Assembly (NCBI RefSeq): GCF_009914755.1
Contig: NC_060928.1
DNA length: 64,000 bases
Strand: one strand, 5' to 3'
From: the human T2T-CHM13v2.0 reference genome, Homo sapiens
Below, piece by piece: positions 45,423-61,552 of the stretch. Both the position numbers and the translations under genes were made by a program. Below the pieces are notes generated by a model. That model was not told where the DNA came from. It saw nothing but the letters and a program-made list of their open reading frames with translations, and searched no databases. Position 1 is the stretch's first letter. Each line of letters starts with the position of its first letter.

Positions 45423-45618
45423 CTGGGCCAGCTTCATGGGTCTGCAACCTCTACAGTCACACAAGGACCCACACTCAGAAGAGTCCCAAGCTTTCTTTTT
45501 TTTTCTTTTTTTTTTTTAATTCTCTGCTGTCACTATCTCATACCTCTTAACAATTTTTGAACAAGGGAAACTGAATTTCCATTTTTCACTGAGCTCCACA
45601 AGTTATTTGGTCAGCTGT
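45423..45618 (+). mobile_element. MER91A-like hAT-Tip100 MITE
   Basis: GGGCCAGCTTCATGGG..CAGTCACACAAGG..TTTTTGAACAAGGG motifs. Confidence 0.8.
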
Positions 45619-45871
45619 AACTGCAATCCTTCCTGTAGTCCTTCTTTCATTCCAGTTTGAAATAGTTCCTCACTTAACTAGGTTATACTCTTATGGAAAT
45701 ACTGTATGGTGGCAGTAGGATTCAGGGGTCAACCCTCACTGGTTTATTTCTTCCTAAAAATTAATCAAAGAAAGGATAATTGCTCAAGGGTCAGGAGAAG
45801 AAGTAATCTAATTACTACTGGAATACCTTCTTTATCGTTCTTAAGAAAAGTGATACAATGAAAACTTATAA

Positions 45872-46235
<364 letters not shown>

Positions 46236-48385
46236 TAAAACATTTTTCTATACCATGTGACAACTTATCGGTATGTCTTCTTGATTTCCATTTCTGAGAG
46301 GAGAAAAATGTAATAATCTGCCAATACAGAATAAGGAAGTAGGTTTGAGAATTCCACAATGGTCTTACATTTGGACAAGGTATAAAATGCAATCTCATCC
46401 TTATATCTCCAGTGGGAAGCATGGCAGGTAAAATAATGTTAGGTAAATGTCTGGAGAGCTGGCACCTTGTAAGTATTTTCAACCTAAAGTTTTATAGATA
46501 GAATCTGATCCAGGCTTAAGTTCATGTCTGGTCAAAGTCTGTACATAATGCTTTAGTTTGTGCTGTCACCCAGCTGTCTCTCTTGGTTTTTCAATATCCT
46601 TTGTTTAGCTTCTCTAAGGCAAGGGCTGTCTAAGTTGCTTAGTTTTGTACACATGTTACCACAGCACAAATTAATATGAAGTGACCTGCATCTAGTTTCC
46701 ACCACATTTCAAGCTTTACTTTATGAGTTTACAGCAAGAATTATGATAATAATAAATACAAATATTTAATCAAATTCAAAATCCTGTTTTATAATGTCTT
46801 CATAAAAATTTAGCCAAGTCCATCTTTTTTTTTTAAGTGGAAATGCTTTACATTTAAAATGTATTTAGGGCAGTCACCAGAAATGAAATATTCCTTTTGG
46901 AGGAAAGAGATCATGAAGAACACAGACATAAGTCTAAGGGATGGCATCAACAGAGGTGTCAGGCTCTGAAGGAAAACGGCTTGCAGCCTGAAATGAAAGG
47001 GACTCACATGAGGGTTTGTCAGGATGATGGTTCTTTCAGGAATTCCATCTTTAAAAATCACAAAATAATATAAACATAAAATCCCTCCAATGTTATTTAA
47101 TGAACAATTTTAAAAAATATTTTAGATTTTTGATGAATACGTAGGAATATGAAAATCTGAAATTGTGGGAGAGCTCTATAAAAGATGGCTTTTATCTTTT
47201 TATTGCTTGTGATGAAAGACAAAGACAGTAGGATACTTCGAATATAAATCAGAATCTTATCTAAAACAGCAAGGGGAAAGTCTTTATAAAGCACTTGAGA
47301 GGCCATTTATGGATGCATGTTTTAATTTTTCCCCAAATTATCTTCATTTATTTTTTTTCAAAACCTATGAGGTAAGAATGGAGATTGTAGGAACAATTTG
47401 CAGAAACTCACCCTTAAATCTTTCTTCTGGTTTCCTCTGCTCCCTGGGGAGAAGTTCTTATGTTGGAGAGGGTATTTCAGAGAATTTAATTGTGTTCCTT
47501 AGCATAAAATCAGACCTGTCTAAAACACTTCAGAACAATTAGCAAATTGTCATCTATTTCTTTCTTCTTATACCCTGGTCCCCAGGGGAAAACGGAGAAC
47601 TGTCACAGTGGTAATTGCAGGCATTCTTTTTCCTTTACTTTTTTCCTGCTGACTCTTAATCCAAGCCTTATGCAAATACAGTTTTAGGGTTTACAGAAAA
47701 GGAGCAAAATTTAGCCTCGAAAAGCCAAACTTATTTTCCAGTTCCATGATTTCCTCCTTCTTGGTATTCCACAAAGGAGCTCACTTCCATTTCATACCCC
47801 TTGAGAAGGAGCATTATCATATCATGAAGAACTAAATTAGTTCCTATTATCCCTGTGCCATAGTGTGAGGTCGGCCAATTGGAATTTACCCTTGCTGATC
47901 TTAGAGCTTGAGCTGCTGGGGAACAGTAAAACCAGGCGGTGAAGGTGCCTAGTGTTCCTCCTGAGGAATTTAAAAAAGGAAAAAAAAAAAAAAAAAAAAG
48001 AAAAGAAAAAAAGACTATCGCTCAGGTTTTGATAAGGAGAAGGGTAATTTCATGCCAAATGATGTCAGCACTGTGATTTGAATCTTTCATTATTAATTAT
48101 TATTTCTGAGAGCAAATGCACTTGAGAAAGGTCAGTACCCCTCACTTTTAAGCTCTCATCATCAGGTACAGCATCACATGCCTTGTGAAATTGCAGTCTC
48201 TTAGTGGAGGCTTGAGCCTCTCCCTGGGGGAATAGCTCATTAATCCTCACAAGATGTTGCTTTAATGAGCCTGCTTTTCTTCTCATCTTTTTCCTTATGA
48301 TTTTCAGTCTATCTGTCTAGGATCTTTTTGGGCAAGTGAATGAGCCACAAGGGCTAGAAGTGGTTTGACTTTCAAGCTAGCCAAG

Positions 48386-48942
48386 TATGCAAAAGGAGTT
48401 AACATAGTAGGCCTGAGACTGCAGTTCTTAGGACAGCGAGCATTAGACCTGTTCGCAAAGCTTGCCATTAGCAGATGTCTGGGACCTCGGATTTGGAGAA
48501 GGCTCCTACCATCCCCAGAACTGGTGAGTTACTCACTGTCTACAAGATGCTTATACAAATAATGTGGTTCAGGCCGAACAACTGCTTCCTTCTGGGAGTC
48601 TAGAATTTTGCTACATGCCAGGCAGAGAGTGCCTATGTGACTAGCCCCCGATAAAAGCTTTGGGCCCTCAGTCTCTAATGACCTTCCCTAGTAGATGACA
48701 TTTCGTGTATTGCTGGAGAAATTAAGTGCATAGTACATTAGTTTACTGGGAAAGGACTCTTGGAAGCTTGTACCTGGTTTTCCCCACACTTGGCCCCATG
48801 TGGCTTTATCCTTTGCTGATTGTACCTTGTATCCTTTTGCTGTAATAAATCACAGTTATGAGTACAACTATAAACTGCGTCCCGTGAGTCCTCCTAATAG
48901 ATCATCAGACCCAGGATGGTCTGGGGGACCCCTCAACACACA
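48386..48942 (+). mobile_element. MER68-like solo LTR
   Basis: GAGTTAACATAGTAGGCCTGAGACTGC start, TCTGGGAGTCTAGAATTTTG, GTAATAAATC, GGGGACCCCTCAACACA end. Confidence 0.8.
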
Positions 48943-50974
48943 AGGTATAATAAAAAGGAAGCCCACTCCACTTTTCACTGTGACTTCTAAGATTAAAATC
49001 TGAAGTTATACTTTCATTTATTATTTGATATCACTTTAGCTAGCCTCTAAAATAAACATAGAATTATGAATTCTGAGAAAGCTTTATGTAAACTGTAATT
49101 TTGGAAATAAGGTACTATTGTTTATTCTATACTTAAATTAGTTATTTCTGTAATAGTGTATTATATTCTACTCAAATTGGGTGTTGTGGCAGCTTTTATT
49201 TTTAAAGAGTTATCTAGTGAAACAATTATTTTCTCAGTAATACCACTTGTTTATGGAGTGCTACACTATAAAGGCTTGGGGTTACGACTGAATTATTTTC
49301 CCTGGAGAAGAACATTGAGTTGACTGTTCTGAGAAATAAATATATTGTATTTGAAAAATATATTAGAGACCAGAAGCTATAACACTGCCAGGATATTTTT
49401 TTGAGATGCCTAATATAAAGAACTATAGCTTTAGGTGATTATATTATACATTACATTAGAGTATGTCAAAATCCTTTAGAAATTCTTTAGATGGCCATGA
49501 ATATTGCTTTTAATTTTAGTTTAACAGGATGGCTGAGGGAATATTGGATTAAGTTGATTACACAGCAGGTGAGGGACAAGAGTGGGAAAACAAAACTTCT
49601 CCTAAGAATAGTTCACTCTCCAATTCTTCTCAAATTGTGGACATCTTATATGCAGAGGCACATGAATATCAGTGGACCTTTGCTGACTCAGAGGCTCTTG
49701 TGTCTATAAATGCAACTGCTAGCTACAGGCTAACTAACTCCTAGTGCCAGAATCAAAGTCCTATTTTCTAAGACTTTGTCTTCCAGAGTCAGAATGGATT
49801 GCTTCTAATATGTGTAAATAATGCTATGCTTCAACTTTCTTCTAAACAGAGCTCTATCTAGTTTATTAACTAGAATCCATGTGCTATAGGTGTGGGGTTT
49901 CGAGCAAGATACCAAATCTGCTTGTGAACCCTCTGATGTGACTTAGGCTACAATGTTTATTTTTTGAGTCTTGTCGTGTAAATTATAAAATGGCAATGAT
50001 ATAACCTAATGCACAGGTCTGTAGGAATAGCTAGAGGAAAAAGCCACTATGTAAGTACAGGGCCTACAGACTATGCCTGAAACATCCTGGTAGATGTTAA
50101 ATAAATAATAGAAATTCTGGCCAATCTTTTGTCCATTGGGAGAATCATAGCCTTTGACAGACAGATGGTCAAGGAAGCGTACATAAGTAAGTAAAATGCA
50201 TTTGTATTCAACTCACTTTGGAGCAATTAATTGGAGTTTCCCATGTGAGAAATAGTTTAATTGAAAAATCACTGTTTGGAATTCAAAGCATTTTCTCTCA
50301 AGATTTGTGACTTGAAGCTCTGTTTGTTTTCTCTGTGTACTTTGTTTTAACAACATGGCATGTTTCTCCTTACTAAACCAGATGGGCTTCTCATTAAACC
50401 TTATTTCAGTGATTAAAAAAAAGAAAGTCTACTTCTTTGTCACTCCTCCCCCTATCCCGTGATTGATACTTGACATCTAGTATTTTACATTTTAGATCAG
50501 GGCAAATTTGATGAAAACCCATTTAGTCATTTTTTGGGAATATAGTAATAGATAAGCAAGTAGATGTAAACTTTATTTCCTTTATATTTGGAGATGATAA
50601 TTTCAGACATTGACACTTGCTCCTCTCCCTAACTTCAACTAATATATTGACAATGCTAATTTGTTCCTGATAATGTGGTTCCAGTGTATGAATTTTAAAA
50701 TCTCCTTTGTAACTTCATATATTATCTAAAGATGCTTGGGAACAAACAATTACAAAACAAAGCAAGCCTTAGATGACAGGATCAGAGCAAGTAAGGGTTA
50801 AGAAGCAAAAATTTAAAAATGTGTTGGGCAAGCTAGAGAATTAATTGATAGAGAACACATTTCATAGCACTAGCATGGGAATTAAAAAAAAAAAACTAGA
50901 GAGAGTTGAAGACAAAGAGAAGAAAGATTTGCTTTTAAGTATAATGCCAAGAAACTCATCCTACATGAGTAACC

Positions 50975-51390
50975 TAGACTTATCCACTGCCACAGTCCTA
51001 GTCCCCTGTACTCTCGTCATACATTGTGATGGGTGATGACCTTGATGTACCACGTGGACACTGCCAAGCTATCAATCATGTTTCACCCTGAACCCAGAAT
51101 GACCTTTATCTATTAGCCTGCTTACAAACATGTGTTCAACATGTAAGACTCATGTGTTACTCTCTCTGTAAAGACTTTTTGACACCAACCCAGGTAAAAC
51201 TGATCAGTACCTTCTTTGGAACTTCTCTGTATTCAGTAATTACTTAGACCAGAGTACCCATAACTTAATATTATTGTATTTGTTTCTTTATGTGACTTTT
51301 TTCTTTAGATTATAATTTTCTTATGGGCTAAAAACCTAATTCATCTTTATATGTAGGTGGCACAAAAATTTATTTAGATTCATGGACAAT
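50975..51390 (+). mobile_element. L2 remnant
   Basis: CCACTGCCACAGTCCTAGTCC and TTAGATTATAA..GGGC..TCATCTTT motifs. Confidence 0.5.
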
Positions 51391-54009
51391 TGTATAAGTG
51401 AAGACAACAACAACAACAAAAAAAACAAAGAATAAAAGCAGAAATGAAAAGGATCTCATAAATTTAATAAAATGGTATGGGAAAAAGCACAGTGTTTTTC
51501 TCACCTAGGTTGAAGTTATGGGGAACAAAAGTTTCTTCTTTCACATCTGTGTTCAAATATGACTGATTACAAAATGATTCAAAAAAAAAACAAAAACAAA
51601 AGAAAATATAAAAATTTTTTATCACTAAATTATTCATTTTTAATGGATGAGCTATAATCTTGGGGTCTGAGTAATACCATGAATGTAAATACAAGACAAA
51701 AGAAGAATAAACCCCAAATCCTGGCCTTCACATTTTTTTCTTCGACAGTAGAAAATTTCAAACTTAAGATAGCTCTCAGACATTTCAGTTGAAAAGTCCA
51801 AAAATAAGGTGGACGCAAGCACTGATGTTTGGCAGGAGGCTAGAAGACACTTTGATCTCCTCAAAGTCACAGTTTGGCCCTGGAGTACTACCTTACTGTG
51901 GTCTACTTCATTTACCTCTTTATTTTTCCACTTTTAAGCTACATTTCAGGCATCAGTGATTTTCCAAGATGTATGGGCCTTGGCAGTAGCAGTTCCTAAG
52001 GCCATCAGAGCTCTGCATTCCAACATCAATCACATGGGAAGTTTATTGGCATGAAGACACTTTCTCATTATGAAACACCAAGAGAAAATATTTCTTAATA
52101 CATTTGATTCATAACTGGCAGTGCTAGTCTTGAAGTAAACAATAAACTTTGAGCAACCTTAGTATATGTAATTATCAATTGAAGCTATGATATTAAGACC
52201 TACCATTAGGCATACAATGTCTACATGAATTTGCTAGCTGCTACGACCCTGGAGGTTTTGATACCCAGCCATCACCTGCTCTTTTTAGATGGTCCTCATG
52301 ATCAGGACTTGTTATTTAATTCTTTGTGAAGCTGTCAAACTCTGGTTTTCTTAGGTGAAACTAGAACAAATATTTCACTTTTAGAGCCTCTTTCTTTCTT
52401 TATTATACTAAATGTACATTCTATATAGCTGAGACAAAAAAGAGGGTAAAATGTATATTTGTTTACTTGAAATGTACCCATATTAAATAACTATTAAGTG
52501 CTATGAAGTGTACTGAGAACTTAATATAAGGATGAATATTCCTTTGTCTCTGTTCTTAAGAGCTTGCAAACAGTGGCTGAGGAAGGTAAAGATAAAGTGA
52601 AATATGTAACTAAAACAAGAAATAAAATGATAACTTCAGACTTACAATTATTTTTATAGAGGTTCAGAGAAATAGGATTCTCTTCAATCTGAGGATAAAA
52701 GTAAAAGGATAAAAAGTAAAGAAATAGTTCATTTAAAATGTGATACAGAGGGGCGGGGCTAATATGGCCAACTAGAAGCAGTGGTGATCAGAGGCTCCCA
52801 TTGAAAAGAACCATAATAGTGTGTGAAACCTGCACCAGCAACCAAGGTATCCAGGTTCTCTCATCAGAACTGACTAGGTGGCTGGTGTGATCCACAGAGA
52901 GGAAGGAAGAGCAGTGTGGTGTGGGGGCCCACCTGAGAGCCACACAGGGCAGGGGAGCCCCTACCCCTAGCGAAGGGAAGCAGTGAGTGAACATGGTACC
53001 CAACCTGGGAACTGTGCAACCCACGGATCAGAAGATCCCATTCATGAACCCACGCCACTGGGACCTAGGGTCCCAACCCTGGAGCCACACAGGTTCTCAA
53101 CAGCCTCTCAGCTAGAATCTGCTTAAGCCTGCTGAGTTCCCAGGGGAGGAGCAACCAGCACCACAGCTGCAGCTGCCTGCATCTAAGCCTTTTGAGCTCC
53201 TTGGGGGTGAGGGAGCAGTCAGCACTGGGACTGATAACTACCTAACACGCTAAGCTCCCTGGACATGGGAAGGGCAGCAGCCATCTCTATACCTCCAGGC
53301 TGTACTTTTTTCCTGCTGGAGCCAGGGGGTCTGGACAGCTTAGTCCCAAGAGGTGTCCCCCACAGCCCAACACACCAGCTATGGCAGTCTGTAACTGGAG
53401 TTCCTCTTCAGATCTGATCCTGACTGTTCCCTTTCTCACTGGGCAGGGCCTCCCTACAAGAACTCCAACAACTCCACCCAGGGGTGCAGAGACAGAACCC
53501 TGATCTCCCTGGTCCTGAGCCTCTAGAGGGAGGGGTAGCCAGAGTCTCTGCAGACCAGCAGATGTTCTGAGGTATCCAGGCAGCCCAGACGAGTGGGTTT
53601 TCCCCCAGAGAAGCACACCACCTCCACAAAGGGACAGTGAAAGTTCTTCATTAAACAGGTCCTGTTTTCCATGCCACCCAACTGAGTGAGACACTCCAAC
53701 AGGGGTTGCCAGACACCCTATACAGCAGCGATCATACTAGCATCAGGTTGGTGCCCCTTGAGGTCAGAGATCCCAAAAGAAGGAGCAGGCACCCATCTTT
53801 GCTATTCTCCAGCCTCCTTGAGTGACCAGGCATGGCAGTGAACCAGGTGAATAGGGCCTGAAGTGAACTCCCAACAAACCACAGCAGCCCTACAGAAGAG
53901 GAATCTGACCATTGAAAGAAAAACAAACAGAAAGCAACAACAACAGCATCAACAACAAAAAAGTCCCCACAATACTGACCCCACCATTCAAGGGTCAGTA
54001 GCCTCAAAG

Positions 54010-55070
54010 ATGGAAACTAGACAAACTCATGAAGATGAGAAAGTATCAATTAAAAAACACTGAAAATCCAAAAGGCCAGAGTGCCTCTCCTCCAAATAAT
54101 CACAATGCCTCTCCAGCAAGAGTGCAGAACTGGACAGAGGATGAGATGGACAAATTGACAGAAGTAGGCTTCAGAAGATGGGTAATAAAAAACTCTGCTG
54201 AGCTAAATGAGCATGTTGTATGTTGTAACCAAATGCAAAGAAGCTAAGAACCATGATAAAAGGTTAGAGGAGATGCTAACTAGAATAACCAGTTTAGATA
54301 GAAATATAAATGACCTGATGGTGCTGAAAAACATATTAGGTGAACCTCATGAAGCATGCACAAGTATCAATAGCTGAATCAACCAAGTGGAAGAAAGAAA
54401 TATCAGAGTTTGAAGACCACCTTGCTGAAATAAATCACGCAGACAAGAAAATGAAAAGAAACAAAATGAAAAGAAAATGAAATGAGAAAACAAAGTGAAA
54501 AGAAATGAACAAAACCTCCAAAAAATATGAAACTACATAAAAAGATAGAACCTATGGTTGATTGGAGTACCTGAAGGAGATGAGGAGAATGGAAACAAGC
54601 TGGAAAACACACTTCAGGATATTATCTGGGAGAACTTCCTTAACCTAGAAAGACAGGCCAACATGCAAATTCAGGAAATACAGAGAATACCACTAAGATA
54701 CTCCACAAGAAGATCAACCCCAAGACATAATCATCAGATTCTCCAAAGTTGAAATGAAGGAAAAAATGTGAAGGGCAGCCAGAGAGAAGGGGCAGGTCAC
54801 CTACAAAGCATCATCCATCAGAACAACAGCAGACCTCTCAGCAGAAACCCTGTAAGCCAGAAGAGACTGGAGGCCAATATTCAACATTCTTAAAGAAAAG
54901 AATTTTCAACCCAGAATTTCATATCCAGCCAAACTAAGCTTCATAAGTGAAGGAGAAATAAAATCCTTTCCAGACAAGCAAATGCTGAGGGATTTTGTCA
55001 ACTTGAGGCCTGCCTTGCAAGAGCTCCTAAAGGAAGCACTAAATATGAAAAGGAAAAGCTGGTACCAGCC
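54010..55070 (+). pseudogene. Disrupted L1 ORF1p
   Basis: ORF pieces LTEVGFRRWVIKN and IGVPEGDEENGNKLENTLQDII; frameshifts and stops. Confidence 0.9.
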
Positions 55071-55138
55071 ACTACAAAGCACACCAAAATATAAAGACCA
55101 GTGACACTATGAAGAAATGGTATCAAGTAGAGTGCAAA

Positions 55139-58100
55139 ATGACCAGATAGCATCATGATGACACATAACAACACTAACCTTAAATGTAAATGGGCTAAAT
55201 GCTCCAATTAAAAGACACAGACTGGCAATTTGGATAACAAGTCAAGACCCATTGGTGTGCTGTATTCAGGAGACCCATCCCACATGCAAAGACACACAGA
55301 GGCTCAAAATAAAAGGATGGAAGAAAATTTACCAAGCAAATGGAAAGCAAAAAACAGCAGGAGTTGCACTCCTAGGCTCTAATAAAACAGACTTTAAACA
55401 TACAAAGATCAAAAAAGACAAAGAAGGGCATTACCTAATGGTAAAGGGATCAATTCAACAAGAAGAGCTAACTATCCTAAATATATATGCACCCAATATA
55501 GGAGGACCCAAATTCATAAGACAAGTTCTAAGATACCTATGAAAAGACCTAGACTCCCACACAATAATAGTGTGAGACTTTAACACCCCATTGTCAATAT
55601 AGACAGATCAACAAGACAGAAAATTAACAAGGATATTTAGGACTTCAACTCAGCTCTGGATCAAGTGAACTTAATAGACATCTACAGAACCCTCCACTCC
55701 AAATCAACAGAATACACATTCTTCTCAGTGCCACATGGCGCTTTTTCTAAAATCAACCACATAGTTGGACGTAAAACACTCCTTAGCAAATGCAAAAGAA
55801 GTAAAATCATAACACAGTCTCTCAGACCACAGTGCAATCAAATTAGAACTATTTAAGAAGCTCACTCAAAACCACACAATTACATGGAAATCGAACAACC
55901 CGCTCCTGAATGACTCCTGGATAAATAATGAAATTAAGGCACAAATCAAGACTTTTTTGAAACCAACAATAACAAAGAGACAATGTATCAGAATCCCTAG
56001 GACACAGCTAAAACAGTGTCAGGACGGAAATTTAGAGCACCAATTGCCCACACTAGAAAGCTAGAAAGATCTCAAATCAACACCCTAACATCACAATTAA
56101 AAGAGCTAGAGATGCAAGCGCAAACTAATCCAAAAGCTATCAGAAGACAAGAAATAACTAAGATAAGAGCAGAATTGAAGGAGATGGAGACACAAAAAAA
56201 CCCTCCAAAAAAATCAGTAAACCCAAGAGCTGGTTTTTTGAAAAAATTAACAAAATAGATAGACTGCTACCTAGACTAACAAAGAATAAAAGAGAGAAGA
56301 ATCAAATAGACACAATAAAAAAAGATAAAGGGGATATCACCATTGACCCCATAGAAATACAAACTACCATCAGAGAATATTATAAATGCCTCACACAAAT
56401 AAGCAAGAAAATCTAGAAGAAATGGATAAATTCCTGGATACATGCACTCTCCCAAGACTGAACAAAGAAGAAGTCAAATCCCTGAAAAGATCAATAAACA
56501 GTTCTAAAATCGAGGCAGTAATTAACAGCCTACCAACCAAAAAAAGCCCAGGACCAGATGAACTCACAGCTGAATTCCACCAGAGGTACAAAGAGGAGCT
56601 GGTACCATTCCTTTTGAAACTATTCCAAACAATTGCAAAGGAGGGAATCCTCTCTAACTCATTTTATGAAGTCAGCGTCATCCTGATAACAAAACCTTGC
56701 AGAGACACAACAAAAAAAGAAAATTTCAGGCCAATATCCCTGATGAACGTCTATGCAAAAATCCTCAATAAAATACTAACAAACTGAATCCAGGAGCACA
56801 TCAAAAAACTTATCCATCTCAATCAAGTCAACTTCATCCCTGGGATGCAAGGCTGGCTCAAAATATGCACATCAATAAACGTAATCTGTCACATACAAGA
56901 ACCAATGACAAAAAAACACATGATTATCTCAATAGATGCAGAAAAAGCCTTTGATAAAATTAAACATCACTTCATGTTAAAAACTCTCATTAAAGTAGGG
57001 TTGATGGGACATATCTCAAAATAATAAGAGCTATTTATGACAAAACCACAGCCAATATCATACTGAATGGGCAAAAGCTGGAAGCATTCCCTTTGAAAAC
57101 CAATACAAGACAAGGATGCCCTCTCTCACCACTCCTATTCAACATAGTATTGGAAGTTCTGGCCGGGGCAATCAGGCAAGAGAAAGAAATAAAGGGTATT
57201 CAAATAGGAAGACTGGAAGTCAAATTGTCTCTGTTTGCAGACAACATGATGCTATATTTAGAAAACCCCATCATCTCAGCCCCAAAACTCCTTAAGTTGA
57301 TAAGCAACTTCAGCAAAGTCTCAGGCTACAGAATCAATGTGCAAAAGTCACAAACATTCCCATACACCAGCAATAGACAGGCAGAGCACCAAATCTGAAT
57401 GAACTCCTATTCACAATTGCTATGAAGAGAATAAAACACCGAGGAATACAGCTAACAAGGGACATGAAGGATCTCTTCAAGGAGAACTACAAACCACTGC
57501 TCAAGGAAATAAGAGAGGACACAAACAAATGGAAAAACATTCCATCCTCATGGATAGGAAAAATCAATATTGTGAAAATGGCCATACTGCCCAGTGTAAT
57601 TTATAGATTCAGTGCTATTCCCATCAAACTACCCTTGACATTCTTCACAGAATTAGAAAAATCTACTTTAATTTTCATATGGAATCAAATAAGTCCCCAT
57701 ATAGCAAGACAGTGCTAAGCAAAAACAACAAAGCTGGAGGAATCACGGTACCTGACTTCAAATTATACTGCAAGTCTACAGTAACCAAAACAGCATGATA
57801 CTTGTATCAAAACAGACATATAGAAAAATGGAACAGAACAGAGACCTCAGAAATAACACCACACATCTACAACCATCTGATCTTTGACAAACCTAACAAA
57901 AACAAGCAATGGGGAAAGGATTTCCTATTCCATAAATGGTCCTGGGAAAACTGGCTAGTCATATACAGAAAACTGAAACTGGACCCCTTCCTTCCACTTA
58001 TACAAAAATTAACTCAAGAACGTTAAAGACTTAAATGTGAAACCTAAAACCATAAAAACCCTAGAAGATAATCTAGGCAATTTCAGGACATAGGCGTGGA

Positions 58101-58959
58101 CAAGGGCTTCATGACAAAAATGGCAAAAACAATCAAAACAAAATCCAAAATTGACAAATGGGATCGAATTAAACCAAAGAGCTTCTGCACAGCAAAAGTA
58201 ACTATCATCAGAGTGAACAGGCAACCTACAGAATGGGAGAAAAGTTTTGCAATCTGCCCATCTAATAAGGTCTAATATCTAGAATTTATGAGGAACTTAA
58301 ACATATTTACAAGAAAATAAAAACAACCCCATCAAAAAGTGGGCGAAGGATATGAACAGACACTTCTCAAAAGAAGACATTTACATGGCCAACAAGCATA
58401 TGATAAAAGCTCAGCATTACTGATCATCAGAGAAATGCAAATCCAAACCACAATGAGATATCTCACACCAGTCAGAATGGCAATTATTAAAATGTCAGGA
58501 TACAATAGATGGTGGCAAGGCTGTATAGGAACACTTTTACACTGTTTGTGGGAATGTAAATTAGTTCAACCATTATGGAAGACAGTGTGGCGATTCATCA
58601 AGGATCTAGAACAAGAAATACCATTTAACCCAGCAATTCAATTACTGGGTATAAATCCGAAGGAATATAAATTATTCTACTATAAAGACACATGCACATG
58701 TATGCTTATTGCAGCACTATTTACAATAGTAAACACATGGAACCAACCTAAATGCCCATCGATGATAGACTGGATAAAGAAATTGTGGTACATATACAGC
58801 ATGGAATACTATGCAATATTGGTTAAATACTGCATACGAAGGAATGAGATAATGTCCTTCACAGGGACATTGATGAAGCTGGAAGAAATCATCCTCAGCA
58901 AACTAACACATGAACAGAAAACCAAACACTGCGTGTTCTCACTCATAGTTGGGAGTTGA
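55139..58959 (+). pseudogene. Disrupted L1 ORF2p (endonuclease/reverse transcriptase)
   Basis: CCIQET (EN), [15 protein letters not shown] and LFADNM (RT, catalytic D changed to N), C-terminal CVFSLIVGS; many stops and frameshifts. Confidence 0.93.
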
Positions 58960-60586
58960 ACAATGAGAACACATGGACACAGGGAGGGGAACAACACACA
59001 CCAGGGCCTGTTGGCGGGTGGTGGGGGAGGGTTGAAAACTTATATAATGGGTCAATAGGTGCAGCAAATCACCATGGCACACATATACCTATGTAACAAA
59101 CCTGCACTTTCTGCACATGTGTCCCGGAACTTAAAGTAAAATTTAAAAAACATAATAATAAAATGTGATATGAATGTTGAGAAAGAAAAAAGATTCAAAA
59201 AACCAAAATCATCCTTGAAAAATAGAACAAAACGAACACACAGGCTGGGAATTAGGGCAGAATCTACAGCAGTTCACTTTGGATGAACTGTGGGAATGTG
59301 AACACTGAAAGAAGGAATGACTAGAAAGATGGGGTTAATCACATTGTGAAGGATGCCAAGTTCCACAGGAAGCCACATTTACTCTCGTATCCAACAGGGA
59401 CTTATTGGTGGATTTTAAAATAGCTAATAACATGTAATAATATGATCAGAGTGGCAATTTGAAAAATAAATCTATTCATTGTTTGAAGAGAAAAATGGGG
59501 GATCACCAGACAATGAGAAGGTAATTGTAAAAGCCAAGGTAAAACCTAATGATAGCCTGAACTTGAGCTTGCAAGTAAAATTGGGAAGGAGGAAATAACC
59601 ATAACAATAAAGAAATCTAATAAATTATTTAGTAGATTTTGAGGTTAAGAAATAAATCAAAGATCAATTTAAGATCTTTTTTCTTGCTTAATGATGGTCA
59701 CATTAACAGAAGTAGAACAAGGGAAATTGGGGATGGAAGTGTGATGGAAGTGACATGAGATTATATTTTGGATATGTTCATTTTAGATAATGCTGGACCA
59801 TTTATGTTAGAGTCTATAAAAGTTTATAAGATATGTGGATATGGATTTTTAAAAAATAGGGCTACAAATAAAAATCTGGGTTCATCGGCTTTCTTGTGAC
59901 AAAACCATAAGAGTTGGTAAGTTCACCAAGGGAAAGAGAGTAATGAAGAAAGAGAAGCCCAAAAAGGGAACTTTGAAAAAGTAGACAACATCAAAGAACA
60001 GATAGGTAATATAAGCAGAGAAGTGGAAACTAAGAAAAATAAAAAAGAAATGCTAGAAATCAAAAACACTGGAACAGAAGTGAAGAATAACTTTGATGAG
60101 TTCATGATTATATTGGAAATAGCCAGGGAAAGAATCAGTGAGCTTGAAGATAGGCAAATAGAAACTTTCCAAAATCAAGTGCAAAGAGATGCAAAAGAAA
60201 TGATAATAATAATACCACAACAAAATGGCCAAGAAATGTGGGACAACCTCAAAAATTATCAAACATGCATAGTTGGTCTACAACATGAAAAAAAAGAGGG
60301 AACAGAGAAAAAGAAATATTTGAAGTAATAATAGCCAGGAGTTTACCAAAACTAATGAGAGATAACAAACCACCAGATTCAGCAAGCTCAGAAAACACCA
60401 AATGGAATAAATACCCAAAAATCTACACCTAAGCATATCATATTCAAATAGCAGAATGCTAAAAACAAAGGAGCCAGAAGAGAGAGAGAAAAAAGGAACT
60501 TATCCATAGAGAAATAAGGATTAGAAGTGCAGTGAACATCTCTTCCAAAATTATGCAAGTAAGAAGACAGGGGAGTGAAATTTTGA

Positions 60587-61552
<966 letters not shown>

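Larger units (their letters stand above)
52747..59158 (+). mobile_element. Near full-length decayed L1PA (approximately L1PA12-14/L1PREC2 age)
   Basis: 5'UTR, ORF1, ORF2 and 3'UTR in order, A tail; TSD TAAAATGTGATA at 52734-52745 and 59159-59170. Confidence 0.95.

Noticed and set aside
58339-58959. Longest ORF (206 aa)
   Set aside because: C-terminal fragment of a frameshifted L1 ORF2, not an independent gene.
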